A DNA stretch of 64,000 nt from Minisyncoccota bacterium (GTDB lineage Bacteria > Patescibacteriota > Minisyncoccia > Minisyncoccales > Minisyncoccaceae): contig JBAYMT010000003.1 of assembly GCA_041663305.1 (NCBI GenBank), forward strand, positions 17,949 through 81,948. The letters run 5' to 3'. The notes under the pieces were generated by a model. That model did not search any database. It was given only the letters and a program-made list of their open reading frames with translations, and was not told where the DNA came from. Below are positions 61,629 through 64,000 of this stretch, one piece after another. The position numbers were made by a program, and so were the translations under genes. Every line of letters starts with the position of its first letter. Position 1 is the first letter of the stretch.

Positions 61629-62903
61629 TTATCCCAAAAAAAGCTCTCCCTCCAAATAATTCCACTTAAATCCTACTATTTTTACCCTTCTAAAGCTCCC
61701 TATTTCAACCATATCTTTCAATACGATTGTCCTTCCCGAATTGGTACGGCACAAAAAAACATCACCCCTCTTTTCAACAACTAAAACTTCAAAATCTTTG
61801 CCAACATACTCTTTGTTTTTTTCTTCGTTCATTTTGTGGAATAAATCCGTAATAATCCTTGATCTGTCTTTTTTTATCCTATCTGGCAAATCCTTAAGTT
61901 TTTCATCAGGAGTATTAGGACGGCTCGAAAACTTGAATATATGTATTATATCTGGACGGATTTTTTTCAGCATATCAACTGTTGCCAAAAACATCTCTTC
62001 GGTTTCTAGGGGGTGTCCAACTATGATATCGGTAGAAAGAATAGTATCATCAAACTTATTTCTAAATTTTTTCGCTATTTCTTCAAAATCTTCCCTTTCA
62101 TATCCTCGTCGCATTTTCAGCAATAGTTCATTGCTTCCCGATTGCACAGGTACGTGCAAAAATTTATAAAAAACATCGTTCTCCATTTCACTTAGGATTT
62201 CGTCGATTACCCTTTTTGTCCAATCAGGATTCATCATTCCTAATTTTACTTTAAATCTGCCTGGCAATGATTTTATATCACTAAGCAATAGCGGCAATTC
62301 TTGTTTTCCTTTATCAAAACCATAAATAGCCAAATCCTGAGAAGTTAATTGTATCTCCTTGAAACCGTTATTCAAAAAATGACATATCTGCAATAAAATA
62401 TTCTTTTTATCAAAAGATACTAGTTTTCGTCTCGCAAGCCTAGTTACGCAATAGCTACAACAACCCAAGCACCCTTCAGAAATCGCAATAATGGCCGAAG
62501 TAGAATTCAATGGCTTCTCATTTCTTATAAAGACAGATTTATCAAGATCGGTACCCTCCAACATTTCTATCTTATTTCCTTCAAGGACCAATTCCACAAC
62601 CTCATTTATCTTATCAATATTTGTAGGACTGAGCATACCATTTGAAACATTTCGACATTCATCTTTCATCGTTTCTGGAAGGCATCCGCCCAAAATCACT
62701 ATTTTCCCTGATTCTTTCAATTCGCCCGCCTCCTTCAATATCTTGTTTGCTGTAGTATCAACAACTCCACAAGTATTTAAAACAACAAAATCAGCCAAAT
62801 CAATATCATTTACTTTTTCATATTTTTCGCTCAAAAAAATATCAATGAGTGAACTGTCGGCAAAATTAAGCTTACATCCAAATGTCTTGATAAAGTATTT
62901 CAT
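61629..62903 (-). CDS. MiaB/MtaB-like radical-SAM tRNA methylthiotransferase
   Basis: UPF0004 N-domain (FGCKLN...NTCGV), radical SAM CLGCCSYC (CxxxCxxC), TRAM-like C-terminus. Confidence 0.85.
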   Translation of the reverse strand: MKYFIKTFGCKLNFADSSLIDIFLSEKYEKVNDIDLADFVVLNTCGVVDTTANKILKEAGELKESGKIVILGGCLPETMKDECRNVSNGMLSPTNIDKINEVVELVLEGNKIEMLEGTDLDKSVFIRNEKPLNSTSAIIAISEGCLGCCSYCVTRLARRKLVSFDKKNILLQICHFLNNGFKEIQLTSQDLAIYGFDKGKQELPLLLSDIKSLPGRFKVKLGMMNPDWTKRVIDEILSEMENDVFYKFLHVPVQSGSNELLLKMRRGYEREDFEEIAKKFRNKFDDTILSTDIIVGHPLETEEMFLATVDMLKKIRPDIIHIFKFSSRPNTPDEKLKDLPDRIKKDRSRIITDLFHKMNEEKNKEYVGKDFEVLVVEKRGDVFLCRTNSGRTIVLKDMVEIGSFRRVKIVGFKWNYLEGELFLG

Positions 62904-62951
62904 TGTTTATTTTTACCAAAAATAAAACTGTTTGGCAAATAAAAAAAGCGC

Positions 62952-63179
62952 TTATGTTTTTTCGCGCTCTGGAGCTGGTTTCTCAAACCCGTAATCAGGA
63001 CACACAAGAATGGTACAGGCATCATCCCCGTATTCCAAGAATGCATTGCACTTTGAACAGCGATATTTCTCACTCAAATCCCCGAGCAAGGCATAATAAC
63101 CATACGTGTCCTCAAATCCAGGATCTCCTGGTTTTAAATCCTTTTCAATTACTATGATTTCCATCCTAAAAATCTCCAC
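62952..63179 (-). CDS. small hypothetical protein with CxxC...C motif
   Basis: CSKCNAFLEYGDDACTILVCPDYG. The start may be the second Met (63164). Confidence 0.45.
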   Translation of the reverse strand: MEIFRMEIIVIEKDLKPGDPGFEDTYGYYALLGDLSEKYRCSKCNAFLEYGDDACTILVCPDYGFEKPAPEREKT

Positions 63180-63223
63180 TAAGAATATACCATTTTACTC
63201 ACAAAAAACAATTTTTTTAAATT

Positions 63224-63568
63224 TTATCTAAGAATGATTAATCCCAGAAGATAAGAAGCAATATTGGCAACAATAGACAAAACAATCGCATTCTTGAAAC
63301 TTACTTTCAGCCCCTTCACATAAATAAATGCCTCAATTAACACAACCAAAAACTCGCCAATCAAAATATAATTATGAGAAGAAAAAAAAAGAGGAAAAAT
63401 AAACCACAAATAAGGAATTGAAAACAAACTTGCAAAGCTCCCCCAGTATAGTATTTCTTTTGTTCGTATTTTTTCTTTTGATAGAATTTTTACCAAAAAA
63501 AATATAATCGGCAGCTCAACGGCCAGCGTAAGCAAAAGTGAAAGAAAAAAGAAAAATCCGTAAGTCAT
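63224..63568 (-). CDS. small multi-pass membrane protein
   Basis: Four hydrophobic helices. Follows the upstream gene by 1 nt. Confidence 0.5.
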   Translation of the reverse strand: MTYGFFFFLSLLLTLAVELPIIFFLVKILSKEKIRTKEILYWGSFASLFSIPYLWFIFPLFFSSHNYILIGEFLVVLIEAFIYVKGLKVSFKNAIVLSIVANIASYLLGLIILR

Positions 63569-63569
63569 A

Positions 63570-64000
63570 TTAACATTCTTTATTAAAAATTTTCAAAAAA
63601 TTACACTTTAAAAAGTTACCAACTTGAATTAAAAAATCTTTAAAAGTTAATCTGCTTGGGTCGTCTGTATACACAAAACTTTGTTGGCTTGCCGGCGTAC
63701 CAACTGGAACATTGATTTCAAGACTACAAACATCGTTATAGGGATATCCCGTCCAACGATCCAATAATCTGTCAGTTACATCCGTCGTGTATTTTTTATC
63801 ACAAATATTAAAATTTTCCTTCTTTAAACATTCCTTAAACCCCTCACTTTCTTCGTCAAGAAGATAATATCTATCATATGCTGCAGAGTTATAGGCTTTA
63901 CGACAATCTAATTTATTAAAAAAATCATTTTCAATAAATTCCTGATCACCAATCCTTCCTTTTAAATCGCAATATTTTAAATCAATTCTATATGCCCAAA
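63570..64000 (-). CDS. hypothetical Cys-containing protein, 5'-partial (continues beyond window end)
   Basis: I translated the minus-strand frame by hand from base 64000 down to the stop at 63570 and found no stop codon (WAYRIDLKYCDLKGRIGDQEFIENDFFNKLDCRKAYNSAAYDRYYLLDEESEGFKECLKKENFNICDKKYTTDV...). The listed 64-aa ORF is only its tail. Confidence 0.55.
   Translation of the reverse strand, partial: WAYRIDLKYCDLKGRIGDQEFIENDFFNKLDCRKAYNSAAYDRYYLLDEESEGFKECLKKENFNICDKKYTTDVTDRLLDRWTGYPYNDVCSLEINVPVGTPASQQSFVYTDDPSRLTFKDFLIQVGNFLKCNFLKIFNKEC

Noticed and set aside
1-64000. Search for tRNA, rRNA, tmRNA, RNase P, SRP RNA and CRISPR arrays
   Set aside because: No T-loop consensus (GGTTCGAATCC-like) was found in an intergenic context. 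No rRNA-like conserved blocks were seen, and there are no regularly spaced direct repeats with unique spacers. The only periodic repeats are the 7-nt heptamer arrays, which lack spacers.

Overview
AT-rich (about one-third G+C by eye), gene-dense bacterial chromosomal segment. Its content resembles small-genome Patescibacteria/CPR-type organisms: many small orphan proteins, a lone type IV pilin-like gene, and short genes that each carry their own TTGACA-N17-TATAAT-like promoter and hairpin terminator. That taxonomic reading is inference only. About 75 protein-coding genes are supportable. I recognised no rRNA, tRNA, CRISPR array or transposase. Bases 1-44,000 (mostly + strand) look accessory: secreted and membrane orphans, a kinase-like/P-loop/DHH operon, three consecutive HEPN-motif (Rx4-6H) proteins, an ankyrin-repeat protein, a run of tiny zinc-ribbon gene cassettes, a pilin fused to a glycine-rich domain, a histidine kinase, DinB, GalT/TpiA, and a tyrosine recombinase next to a csoR-copA copper module. 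Bases 44,000-64,000 (mostly - strand) hold one long co-directional block: NuoF-like flavoprotein, [FeFe]-hydrogenase-like protein, archaeal-style thiolase, DUF35::DUF362 fusion, FabG, FabZ::reductase fusion, FabK, PlsC, and a three-part biotin carboxylase with BirA. Housekeeping genes follow (uppS, rpmA, pyrG, rplI, S41 peptidase, MiaB-like). Three items stand out. (1) The fatty-acid-type operon contains no ACP, FabD or ketosynthase and uses a thiolase+DUF35 pair instead. (2) A modular family of nested-hairpin intergenic repeats (TGTCATT...AATCT frame, CGAAG mini-hairpins, phased ATTACTA heptamer arrays) occurs at seven loci and shows compensatory base changes between copies. (3) The HEPN triad. 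All functional calls rest on motif recognition by eye; no searches were run.
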